A DNA stretch of 32,000 bases from sequence record MT679222.1; one strand, written 5' to 3'. Both the position numbers and the translations under genes were made by a program. Source of the stretch: Proteus phage 2. A model generated the notes under the pieces. The model ran no database searches, had not been told where the DNA came from, and saw only the letters and a program-made list of their open reading frames with translations. Below, piece by piece: positions 1-7,113 of the stretch; within the stretch, counting starts at the first letter, position 1, and every line of letters starts with the position of its first letter.

Positions 1-5
1 AAGCA

Positions 6-266
6 GTGTTTAGATCCACAGCTTTACAAAGTGTAGGGTTAAATGCAGTATCCGTTCTAGGATCAAGTATGAGTAAGCCTCTATTGAGATTACTTAATAA
101 TCACCAAACATTTAAATTTGTTTGGGTAGGTGATCCAGATAACGCTGGTGCTAAATTATGTAAGAAGTTTAATCATGGCGGTATGCAGTCCCCAAAAGAT
201 TTGGACGATATGTCCGATACTGAACTCCTTATGTTTAAGAAAGTATTACTAGATAATTATAGATAA
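6..266 (+). CDS. hypothetical protein, C-terminal region (may be 5' truncated by the window)
   Basis: ORF track; ends just before the first tRNA. Confidence 0.45.
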   Translation: MFRSTALQSVGLNAVSVLGSSMSKPLLRLLNNHQTFKFVWVGDPDNAGAKLCKKFNHGGMQSPKDLDDMSDTELLMFKKVLLDNYR

Positions 267-275
267 AAGAATAAC

Positions 276-353
276 GGGATGTTAGCTCAATTGGTCTAGA
301 GCACTCGCCTTTTAAGCGATAGGTTCGGAGTTCAAGTCTCCGACATCCCACCA
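276..353 (+). tRNA. tRNA-Lys (anticodon TTT)
   Basis: Acceptor GGGATGT/ACATCCC, anticodon loop CTTTTAA, T-loop TTCAAGT, encoded CCA. Confidence 0.93.
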
Positions 354-360
354 AATTACG

Positions 361-437
361 GGGGCATTAACTCAGTTGGTTAGAGTAGCAGACTCTTAAT
401 CTGAATGTCGTAGGTTCGAATCCTACATGCCCCACCA
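361..437 (+). tRNA. tRNA-Lys (anticodon CTT)
   Basis: Acceptor GGGGCAT/ATGCCCC, loop CTCTTAA, T-loop TTCGAAT, encoded CCA. Confidence 0.92.
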
Positions 438-455
438 AATAATAGGAACTAGCTA

Positions 456-851
456 ATGAAAACTAAACAACATGTAAGCTCTTTCTTCTTTCACGTTATT
501 GTAGAAATTGCACTAATGAAAGGATGGGACTTTGAACTCACTCAAACTCCAGAGGAATACCTAGAAGCATGTAGTGATAGTACAAAAGAAATGGTACTGT
601 ATAAGTTGAAGAATAGTAATGCCACACTAACCGTGCATAATGCCATTGAACTGATTAATGGTACTATTAGTGATGAGTCCTTGGAGTTTTTCAACTCGTT
701 ATATAAGATGATCCTAGAGTCTACACCAGAGGTTTTATATGACCCGCATTATGTAGTGTTCGTATCAATGCATTCAGGATCTAGTGATTATTTTACTGTT
801 AGCATGTTGCAAGACGTTATTAAAATTAGCCCCTTTAGCTCAGAAGAGTAG
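456..851 (+). CDS. hypothetical protein; 3' end overlaps tRNA-Met
   Basis: ORF track, 131 aa. Confidence 0.7.
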   Translation: MKTKQHVSSFFFHVIVEIALMKGWDFELTQTPEEYLEACSDSTKEMVLYKLKNSNATLTVHNAIELINGTISDESLEFFNSLYKMILESTPEVLYDPHYVVFVSMHSGSSDYFTVSMLQDVIKISPFSSEE

Positions 852-905
852 AGCACCCGACTCATAATCGGTAGGTCGCTGGTTCGATCCCAGCAAGGGG
901 CACCA
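829..905 (+). tRNA. tRNA with CAT anticodon (Met, or Ile2 if lysidine-modified)
   Basis: Acceptor GCCCCTT/AAGGGGC, loop CTCATAA, T-arm CTGGTTCGATCCCAG, encoded CCA. Confidence 0.9.
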
Positions 906-920
906 AATTATCAATAAACT

Positions 921-1325
921 ATGAGGTATATTATGCCAGACTATCTAGGGGCTAAACAGTCCATTAATAAAATGAGTAAAGCAGCTTTAGAATTAGCAGA
1001 GTGTATGTATCCACTACTAGAAGAAGCGCATAACCGTAAACCAAACGCAGGGTTTGATGCTCAGCTCTTAAAGTTAAAAGAATTAGCGTCCCAGCTAAAA
1101 TTCTATGAAGAAGTAGATAAAGAAGTATCCATGTATACTCTAGAGTACGGCGGAGAAGTATTGTACATTGCTATTAGAGGTGATGACATGGTCGTTCATT
1201 CTAGTATGTTAAAGCATCTATGGGAAGATAGAGAATCCTTTGAATTCGATAAGTATTATTCCTGTAAGGTTAATGAATACTTCTTAGACCCATCTGTGCT
1301 TGATAATAAGGTGCGTATCTGGTAA
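921..1325 (+). CDS. hypothetical protein
   Basis: ORF track, 134 aa. Confidence 0.7.
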   Translation: MRYIMPDYLGAKQSINKMSKAALELAECMYPLLEEAHNRKPNAGFDAQLLKLKELASQLKFYEEVDKEVSMYTLEYGGEVLYIAIRGDDMVVHSSMLKHLWEDRESFEFDKYYSCKVNEYFLDPSVLDNKVRIW

Positions 1326-1341
1326 ATATTTAAGGGCAATT

Positions 1342-1533
1342 ATGAGTAGTTCAGGGGTTATTTTAATTAGTATTCTTACTGTGCTATGTATATTATCAGC
1401 GGTAGTATACTCTGCTATCATAGCAAATATACTAACAGGGTATTCCCCAACGGAAGATATAAAGAGTACGTACTCTAAGGCGGTTAGTTCAGCTACTAAT
1501 AAGTCTTGGAGTACTAAGAGGGAGTTGGTGTAG
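1342..1533 (+). CDS. small membrane protein; start chosen downstream of the track start at 1300
   Basis: MSSSGVILISILTVLCILSAVVYSAIIANIL... hydrophobic N-terminus; stop lies inside tRNA-Gln. Confidence 0.6.
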   Translation: MSSSGVILISILTVLCILSAVVYSAIIANILTGYSPTEDIKSTYSKAVSSATNKSWSTKRELV

Positions 1534-1593
1534 TTGGTAGCACTCCAGTCTTTGACACTGGCATCACAGGTTCGAGTCCTGTACTCCCTGCCA
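1519..1593 (+). tRNA. tRNA-Gln (anticodon TTG)
   Basis: Acceptor AGGGAGT/ACTCCCT, anticodon arm CCAGT-CTTTGAC-ACTGG, encoded CCA. Confidence 0.92.
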
Positions 1594-1601
1594 ATTTTAT
1601 A

Positions 1602-1697
1602 GGAAGAATAACCCTAACCTGGTAAGGGAACTGTTTGCTAAACAGTCAGTAGCTGATGAGAGTCGGTGTGCGGGTTCGAATCCCGCTTCTTCCTCCA
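1602..1697 (+). tRNA. tRNA-Ser (anticodon GCT)
   Basis: Acceptor GGAAGAA/TTCTTCC, ACTGT-TTGCTAA-ACAGT, long variable arm, encoded CCA. Confidence 0.92.
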
Positions 1698-1871
1698 ACT
1701 TCATATAGGAACTATATGACAAATGTGGTATATATTGCTAAAAGTAAGATTACGGGCGACTTAATATTTATAGGATTAGGTGAGAGCTACCCACAGCACG
1801 AGTATGATTTATTATACTCCATGTACGCAGAACAGGCTATGCAGATGCTTATAAGTAGCCAAAAAGATTAA
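1656..1871 (+). CDS. hypothetical protein; true start probably downstream of the tRNA (ATG near 1714)
   Basis: ORF track; the first ~14 codons lie in tRNA-Ser; MTNVVYIAKSKITGDLIFIGL... is more plausible. Confidence 0.5.
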   Translation: MRVGVRVRIPLLPPTSYRNYMTNVVYIAKSKITGDLIFIGLGESYPQHEYDLLYSMYAEQAMQMLISSQKD

Positions 1872-1879
1872 AATTGTAT

Positions 1880-1908
1880 TTGCAAAAATCCCAATTTCTT
1901 GATATAAT
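1880..1908 (+). promoter_or_regulatory. sigma70-type promoter, TTGCAA-N17-TATAAT
   Basis: -35 at 1880-1885, -10 at 1903-1908, 17-bp spacer; flanked by a 9-bp inverted repeat. Confidence 0.8.
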
Positions 1909-1914
1909 ATTTAT

Positions 1915-2144
1915 CAGAAATTGGGAAAAGATGTATTTAAGAATCAAGCCCTATATCGTTCAGTTTAGGTATTGGACTTAAGATAACGAAAGGATTAACT
2001 AGTAATTCTAGAAAAAACTACTAATCCGACGATGAAGCCTGTATATTAAATGTGAGTCATGATCACACTATAAGTTACAGCACCTACGCTTGTAGGACTT
2101 GTTCAAGCATTGTCTTGATGAAGGGGCTTGATTCTTAAATACAT
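1915..2144 (+). ncRNA. candidate structured non-coding RNA closed by a perfect 21-bp terminal helix
   Basis: 1931-1951 ATGTATTTAAGAATCAAGCCC is the exact reverse complement of 2124-2144; internal hairpins; promoter directly upstream; no convincing ORF. Confidence 0.75.
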
Positions 2145-2148
2145 TTTT

Positions 2149-2223
2149 GGTACTATAGTATAATGGAGATTATAACGGTCTGTCGCACCGAAGATCGGGG
2201 TTCAATTCCCCGTAGTACCGCCA
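2149..2223 (+). tRNA. tRNA-Asp (anticodon GTC)
   Basis: Acceptor GGTACTA/TAGTACC, loop CTGTCGC, T-arm CGGGGTTCAATTCCCCG, encoded CCA. Confidence 0.88.
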
Positions 2224-2242
2224 ATTAATTAGGAAATTCAAT

Positions 2243-2452
2243 ATGTTAAATAAATATAAAGTGTACGGAACAGAAGTTATTGAAGTAACATCTGAGGTAT
2301 GGCTAACCAGCGAAGAGCTTGATAAATTACAAAGTATGACTAGCCAAGAACGTCAAGATTTTATTTATGAAAAAGTAGATGAGCAATGTGACGATTGGGA
2401 GCGTGGTGATCGTTTAGAGATTGCACATATTGAATTAGGGGAATTACTCTGA
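2243..2452 (+). CDS. hypothetical acidic protein
   Basis: ORF track, 69 aa; overlaps tRNA-Pro by 6 bp. Confidence 0.65.
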   Translation: MLNKYKVYGTEVIEVTSEVWLTSEELDKLQSMTSQERQDFIYEKVDEQCDDWERGDRLEIAHIELGELL

Positions 2453-2523
2453 TTAGCTCAGGCTGGTAGAGCACTCCGTTTGGGGCGGAGGGGTCGTAGG
2501 TTCAAATCCTACATCAGAGACCA
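2447..2523 (+). tRNA. tRNA-Pro (anticodon TGG)
   Basis: Acceptor CTCTGAT/ATCAGAG, CTCCG-TTTGGGG-CGGAG, encoded CCA. Confidence 0.9.
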
Positions 2524-2529
2524 AATTAA

Positions 2530-2622
2530 GGAGGAATGGCAGAGATGGATTATTGCACCTGACTTGAAATCAGACGGGTCTAGCGATAGGCTCCAGGGGT
2601 TCGAATCCCCTTTCCTCCTCCA
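2530..2622 (+). tRNA. tRNA-Ser (anticodon TGA)
   Basis: Acceptor GGAGGAA/TTCCTCC, loop CTTGAAA, long variable arm, encoded CCA. Confidence 0.9.
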
Positions 2623-2645
2623 AATTAATTAAAGAGAATAGCGAT

Positions 2646-3080
2646 ATGAAAAAGCTAGAAGTGAAAGTAACGCATCTTGTAGATAACTGGGATTGTGATG
2701 ATTGTGGGTGTACTATGGAAGAGGGTTGGAAAGTAGTAAGCCCTACCCACCCAGAACTAGACGTTACTATGATACCCTCAGCGTTTTGCTATGATGGTGA
2801 GGGATATACTGTTGGTGATCTAATTAAGCACTGGATGTCAAATGGTATTGTTCCTGAAGGTATTGACACTTCCGATTTACCATTTCATGATTATGAATTC
2901 CTACCATTGGTAGTCCCAGAAGCATTTAAGGAAACTACCTACTTGTTAGATGGTGAAGAATTTACCGACCATGAGCAACAAATCTGTGATGCTGGTTTAA
3001 TACAGGAATTCCTATCTAAGGTGTACAAGTTACCAGTCAACCTAGTAACTAGTAGTAAAGATATCTCCACCAATTTTTAA
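2646..3080 (+). CDS. hypothetical protein with N-terminal CDDCGC motif
   Basis: ORF track, 144 aa. Confidence 0.75.
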   Translation: MKKLEVKVTHLVDNWDCDDCGCTMEEGWKVVSPTHPELDVTMIPSAFCYDGEGYTVGDLIKHWMSNGIVPEGIDTSDLPFHDYEFLPLVVPEAFKETTYLLDGEEFTDHEQQICDAGLIQEFLSKVYKLPVNLVTSSKDISTNF

Positions 3081-3105
3081 CGAAGATCTAGAGGTCAATT
3101 AATAA

Positions 3106-3498
3106 ATGAAACGCTTAAAAGCAATTATGTCGGCAATTATACTATCATCAGTAATGTTATTAACTGGGTGTCCTGCGGACTCTGATGTAGCATCACATAA
3201 CCTGAGTAAATCCTCAGATAACTTTGAAGTACAACGAAGAATTGTATTTTACAATGGTATTACTGGGGATTACATGTTAACCATTGAGGGTTTATGTACT
3301 CGAGATAATACTAGTACCGAACATGTCCTAGGCGTAGTCTGCAAGGTAGGTGATGGGCAATATAAAAAGCATCTGCTTGGGTTATCAGATAACGTTACTT
3401 TCTTTATGGAACAGGTTGATCCAGTATCAGTAAGTAAGTATCATTACCGTGTTGTGTTCAAACCATCTGTAATTATTCCAGATATTGATATTCGTTAA
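3106..3498 (+). CDS. predicted lipoprotein
   Basis: MKRLKAIMSAIILSSVMLLTGC...: charged N-terminus, hydrophobic h-region, lipobox LLTG-C. Confidence 0.8.
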   Translation: MKRLKAIMSAIILSSVMLLTGCPADSDVASHNLSKSSDNFEVQRRIVFYNGITGDYMLTIEGLCTRDNTSTEHVLGVVCKVGDGQYKKHLLGLSDNVTFFMEQVDPVSVSKYHYRVVFKPSVIIPDIDIR

Positions 3499-3507
3499 TA
3501 TAGTAAA

Positions 3508-3582
3508 GCACCTTTAGCTGAGATGGATTAGCACTAGCCTGAAGAGCCTGAGAGGTTGGATCGTTACCAACAGGGTGCACCA
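3508..3582 (+). tRNA. degenerate or aberrant tRNA-like gene, putative anticodon GAA (Phe)
   Basis: Exact 75-nt geometry with acceptor GCACCTT/AGGGTGC and encoded CCA, but anticodon stem has two mismatches and T-loop is ATCGTTA. Confidence 0.55.
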
Positions 3583-3591
3583 AATTAATAT

Positions 3592-3643
3592 TGTAGACGC
3601 TATCGTCTACATTTAAGAATCTTATAGTAGGGTTCTTAAATGT
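3592..3643 (+). repeat. two adjacent hairpins between tRNA genes
   Basis: TGTAGACG-CTAT-CGTCTACA (3592-3611) and ACATTTAAGAA...TTCTTAAATGT (3609-3619/3633-3643). Confidence 0.75.
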
Positions 3644-3718
3644 GTCGGTAGCATAGTTGGATAATGCCCCTGATTGTGATTCAGGAATACGCGGGTTCGA
3701 ATCCCGTCCGTCACCCCA
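3642..3718 (+). tRNA. tRNA-His (anticodon GTG)
   Basis: CCTGA-TTGTGAT-TCAGG anticodon arm, T-arm GCGGGTTCGAATCCCGT, CCA; one mismatch in the acceptor stem. Confidence 0.88.
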
Positions 3719-3796
3719 ATTACTAGCAAAAGCTAGAATGCCAAGTAGGTGGCTTACCTACAATACTACTAATAGTAATAAATAGGAATAGTAATT

Positions 3797-4069
3797 ATGG
3801 AATTTGTATTAAAGTTAGTTCGTGGTTTCTCAGATGAAGAGGCGAAGCTTAACACAGCAGTAGATGGTCAATATCGTATATTTGAAACCACTACGTATAT
3901 CCCTTTAGGAAGTAGACCTGAAATCTTAAAAGGTAGATCTATAACTGGTATAGAAAATGTATCAGCAGTTATTAGAACAGGTGATGGGGACATTGTAATT
4001 TACCGAGAAGTAAGCGCATATCTTCTAAATGAAGATGGTAAAACCATTCAGATCATTAATAGACCGTAG
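3797..4069 (+). CDS. hypothetical protein
   Basis: ORF track, 90 aa; GGAAT upstream. Confidence 0.7.
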   Translation: MEFVLKLVRGFSDEEAKLNTAVDGQYRIFETTTYIPLGSRPEILKGRSITGIENVSAVIRTGDGDIVIYREVSAYLLNEDGKTIQIINRP

Positions 4070-4080
4070 AATTCACACAT

Positions 4081-4110
4081 AAGGGATTGCAGAAATGCGA
4101 TCCCTTTTTT
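4081..4110 (+). terminator. rho-independent terminator
   Basis: AAGGGATTGC-AGAAAT-GCGATCCCTTTTTT. Confidence 0.85.
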
Positions 4111-4188
4111 GTACACGTAACAAATTAATTCTGCGATATTGACTTACTGGCAAGGCGCGGGGAAATACTTACAATATAAAAATTTTTA

Positions 4189-4217
4189 TTGACCTCGTGG
4201 CATAATTATAGTATAAT
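4189..4217 (+). promoter_or_regulatory. sigma70-type promoter, TTGACC-N17-TATAAT
   Basis: -35 4189-4194, -10 4212-4217. Confidence 0.8.
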
Positions 4218-4244
4218 ATATATATATAATAAAGGAGGATTATT

Positions 4245-4541
4245 ATGATTATTTACTTACTAATAATGCTCTGGGCACTTGTAGGACTATTTAATACGTA
4301 TGTGGTATTTAGAAGCCTTTCAGCAAAGGATATTATATGCATACGTTATTGGTTGTACAATTCATGGAAACGTAATCATAAGACTATGCTTAGTATAAGC
4401 GAGTACGAGGAGACTAAGATTATAAAGCCATATTTAATGTTTAAATTACAGGTATACTGTGCCGGAGCCATGCTAGGGATGTTCTCATACGTACTTAGTG
4501 ACACTTTGAGAGGGATTTGTTCTTATGAAAATATTATCTGA
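4245..4541 (+). CDS. membrane protein, hypothetical
   Basis: AAAGGAGG Shine-Dalgarno; hydrophobic MIIYLLIMLWALVGLFNTYVVF. Confidence 0.75.
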   Translation: MIIYLLIMLWALVGLFNTYVVFRSLSAKDIICIRYWLYNSWKRNHKTMLSISEYEETKIIKPYLMFKLQVYCAGAMLGMFSYVLSDTLRGICSYENII

Positions 4542-4950
4542 GTACATGGACTTTTACGACTTACAACATAGGTTTGGTAAGTCTGATAGAATTTGGGAAA
4601 GGAATAGTGATCGGTACCTACTAGACGCAGATAGTCAATATGTAGAGCCAGCGACTGCTTATATTAAATATCTAGATAACTGGTATGAGCTTCAAGAGAG
4701 TACTCTTATACACATGGTAGATATAAACCCTATTCTAGAAGCTCCAGACACTTTGACCAAATTAGTAGATGTAGCACCGATAGTTGTAGTAATACCAAAC
4801 GTAGGTTCACAACATATAGTATATATTAATCCACCAGTATATAAGCAGACAGCCATTCTAAATTTTATAGAGAATAATGCTGTTCGTATGCATAAGGAAA
4901 TAGAAATGTTCCTTATACGTAAAGGAGCAATACGTGGGAATACTAATTGA
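4525..4950 (+). CDS. hypothetical protein
   Basis: ORF track, 141 aa; overlaps neighbours, suggesting translational coupling. Confidence 0.75.
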   Translation: MKILSEYMDFYDLQHRFGKSDRIWERNSDRYLLDADSQYVEPATAYIKYLDNWYELQESTLIHMVDINPILEAPDTLTKLVDVAPIVVVIPNVGSQHIVYINPPVYKQTAILNFIENNAVRMHKEIEMFLIRKGAIRGNTN

Positions 4951-5341
4951 TTTTCTAAAAAGGAATATAGCGCCTACCATAGCTGTGCTTATTATAGGGT
5001 TTGGTCTTATTCAAGTTATGTATTACCAAAATAAAACTATTAATGCATTGGAGAGTCAAGCAGTGATGCTGGCTAAGGATAACAAAGGATTGCAAGCATC
5101 ATTGTCTGAGCTTCACTCTAGAATGGATATTATGGCAGGTGATATTAATAACATAGTAATAAATAGACAAGCTTCACAGACACTTCGCGAAGCGGAATCA
5201 TCTAAAATAGAATCAGCTAGAAGTAGAGAACATATACTTATTGCAAAACCAACTTTAGCGGCAAAAGCTATAGAACGAGCTGTAAATCAAACCGGAAAGG
5301 AGATATCATGTCTAACTGGAGACGAGGACTCTTGTCAATAA
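4934..5341 (+). CDS. putative i-spanin (Rz-like)
   Basis: Single N-terminal TM segment (IAPTIAVLIIGFGLIQVMYY) followed by a coiled-coil-like periplasmic region; overlaps a lipoprotein ORF. Confidence 0.65.
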   Translation: MGILIDFLKRNIAPTIAVLIIGFGLIQVMYYQNKTINALESQAVMLAKDNKGLQASLSELHSRMDIMAGDINNIVINRQASQTLREAESSKIESARSREHILIAKPTLAAKAIERAVNQTGKEISCLTGDEDSCQ

Positions 5342-5619
5342 TCGTGCTAGGTCTTGTAGGTTGTTCTAGCGAACCATATATACCACCACCTAAGATTATA
5401 GAAGTATCTAAGCCTATTATAGCCTTGCCTAAGCCTGTGGAGAGTTGCTCAGTACATAACTTAGCTATTCAGGTTGTGGATGGGAAGGCGTATATAGCTA
5501 TACCTTATTCTGAGTATATTGACTACTCCAAATGCACAAGAGACTATGTAAGATATTTAAAAGATATTAATAATACGCTATGTTACTATACAAATAATAA
5601 AGGGGAAAATTGTAAATGA
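5308..5619 (+). CDS. putative o-spanin (Rz1-like lipoprotein)
   Basis: Lipobox LGLVGC followed by a Pro-rich segment (YIPPPK..ALPKP); start embedded in the upstream ORF. Confidence 0.65.
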   Translation: MSNWRRGLLSIIVLGLVGCSSEPYIPPPKIIEVSKPIIALPKPVESCSVHNLAIQVVDGKAYIAIPYSEYIDYSKCTRDYVRYLKDINNTLCYYTNNKGENCK

Positions 5620-6362
5620 TTTTATTAGGACTTACTGGTGATGCTGGTGTTGGGAAAGACACAGTAGCTCAACTTTTAAAAGAGGCAGGAGAGAGTGTGC
5701 ACTTTCAAGTTGACCGTATAGGCTTTGGTGATGCACTCTACGCTTTGGCATCAAAACTTTCTGGTGTACCTATTGAGTATATGCAAAATAGGGATTATAA
5801 AGAAGAAAGAATTCATATGTGCTTTACTGAGCAGAGCCTTATAGATGCTAGTGACTACTGGGACGAGATTGGTATTGGAAGCTACGGCGACTTCCCGTAT
5901 TGCATCTCTGAGTGGGTACATAACGATCTACTGCCTAAATTCGGGGAGCCTAACATACTTCCAGATGCAGCCTACTCATTCTACATGTCACCACGTGAGC
6001 TTTTACAATTAACTGGTACAGAACTTGGTAGAGACAGAGTTAACACAGATCTATGGATTAATCTGGTAGAACAAAAGGTAAGTTCATCATGCTCAGATGT
6101 AGTAATTATTACAGATGTTCGTTTTCCTAATGAAATTGAATACGTTAAGAGTAGCGGTGGAGAGATAGTACAGATAGTTAGTAGTGTTAAAAAGTTTGCT
6201 ACCAAAAGTACAAACCATCCTAGCGCTCAGAAACTAGATTACTATGATATTAAAATTGATAATACATTTGAGGGGTTAGATAAGCTAGCGTTTACCTTAT
6301 CAACAGAGCTATATCCAACCCTGCCTTTACGATTTGTAGATAGCTTACTAGAGGAGTGCTAA
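5616..6362 (+). CDS. dnk: deoxynucleoside monophosphate kinase (T5 dnk-like)
   Basis: P-loop GLTGDAGVGKDTVA, 'TGTELGRD..N.D.W' and 'ITDVRFPNE' motifs typical of phage dNMP kinases. Confidence 0.85.
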   Translation: MILLGLTGDAGVGKDTVAQLLKEAGESVHFQVDRIGFGDALYALASKLSGVPIEYMQNRDYKEERIHMCFTEQSLIDASDYWDEIGIGSYGDFPYCISEWVHNDLLPKFGEPNILPDAAYSFYMSPRELLQLTGTELGRDRVNTDLWINLVEQKVSSSCSDVVIITDVRFPNEIEYVKSSGGEIVQIVSSVKKFATKSTNHPSAQKLDYYDIKIDNTFEGLDKLAFTLSTELYPTLPLRFVDSLLEEC

Positions 6363-6363
6363 T

Positions 6364-6954
6364 ATGTTTGAAGAAGATGGAGTTATTTCCTTAAAACAAC
6401 CAGTACTTACCGCACAGGTAGGTTCCACAGTTTATAATTATCATATGGATGAGCCTATTGGCGATCCCTCTAACTATAGAGATTTAATTACTGTACTTAG
6501 TATGGCTACCGAAGCAGATGTTATTAATCTGTATATCAACGGACCTGGGGGCGATCTTAGCACTACTATGCAGTTATGTAATGCTATTGCGTCGTCTAGT
6601 GCTACCGTTGTTGGACATTTACAAGGATCAGCATGTTCAGGTCATGCGTTCATTTTCTTAGCCTGTCATGAGTGGGTTGTATACCCAGTATCTTACGTAA
6701 TGCTACATACCTCAACTGGAGGAACGTACGGAACTGGTAATAACAATCACGCAGCTATTGCTAACCTAGATCAGATTATGTCAGCATTAATGGACTATTT
6801 TGTAGTTCCATTTATGAGTAAAGAAGAAGTTGAGCAAAGAATCTTTACTTATAAAGATGATGTGTATTTCTCAGGAGAGGACTTATCTACTCGCTTAGAT
6901 AAGTTATCTAAGTATAGACAGGCAGCCATCAAAGAATACATGGAATCTAACTAG
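6364..6954 (+). CDS. ClpP-like serine protease
   Basis: YINGPGGDLSTTMQLCNAIASSSATVVGHLQGSACSGHAFIFLAC..VMLHTS matches the ClpP fold pattern. Confidence 0.8.
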   Translation: MFEEDGVISLKQPVLTAQVGSTVYNYHMDEPIGDPSNYRDLITVLSMATEADVINLYINGPGGDLSTTMQLCNAIASSSATVVGHLQGSACSGHAFIFLACHEWVVYPVSYVMLHTSTGGTYGTGNNNHAAIANLDQIMSALMDYFVVPFMSKEEVEQRIFTYKDDVYFSGEDLSTRLDKLSKYRQAAIKEYMESN

Positions 6955-6960
6955 TTGTAT

Positions 6961-6993
6961 AAAGCCACCCTGATACTTCAAGGTGGCTTTTTT
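6961..6993 (+). terminator. rho-independent terminator
   Basis: AAAGCCACC...GGTGGCTTTTTT. Confidence 0.9.
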
Positions 6994-7059
6994 GTTGGAA
7001 ATAGAAAATATACTTGACAATTGTATGATAATATGCTAGGGAAGAATTATAATATTTAC

Positions 7060-7088
7060 TTGTAAAATGCGTGCGCTTCTGGTATAAT
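7060..7088 (+). promoter_or_regulatory. sigma70-type promoter, TTGTAA-N17-TATAAT
   Basis: -10 at 7083-7088 followed by AGGAGGTGAG; a TTGACA (7014-7019) and a TATAAT (7048-7053) occur upstream. Confidence 0.65.
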
Positions 7089-7113
7089 AGTAGTATCAGG
7101 AGGTGAGAAATTT

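Noticed and set aside
1931-2144. RNase P RNA, tmRNA or group I intron identity for the candidate ncRNA
   Set aside because: No recognisable conserved core motifs (for example RNase P GAGGAAAGTCC-type sequence, a tmRNA tRNA-like end with a tag ORF, or an intron interrupting a gene).
4150-4165. AGGCGCGGGG as a possible T5-type single-strand nick site
   Set aside because: Only partial resemblance to the T5 nick consensus (GCGCGGTG-type). Nicks cannot be inferred from sequence alone here.
5981-6205. Minus-strand ORF antisense to the dNMP kinase
   Set aside because: Antisense to a well-supported gene, no independent support. The same reasoning applies to 7628-7984, 9112-9462, 10750-10992, 11422-11628, 12322-12522, 13837-14037, 15931-16131, 17438-17764, 25272-25475, 26192-26398 and 29178-29402.
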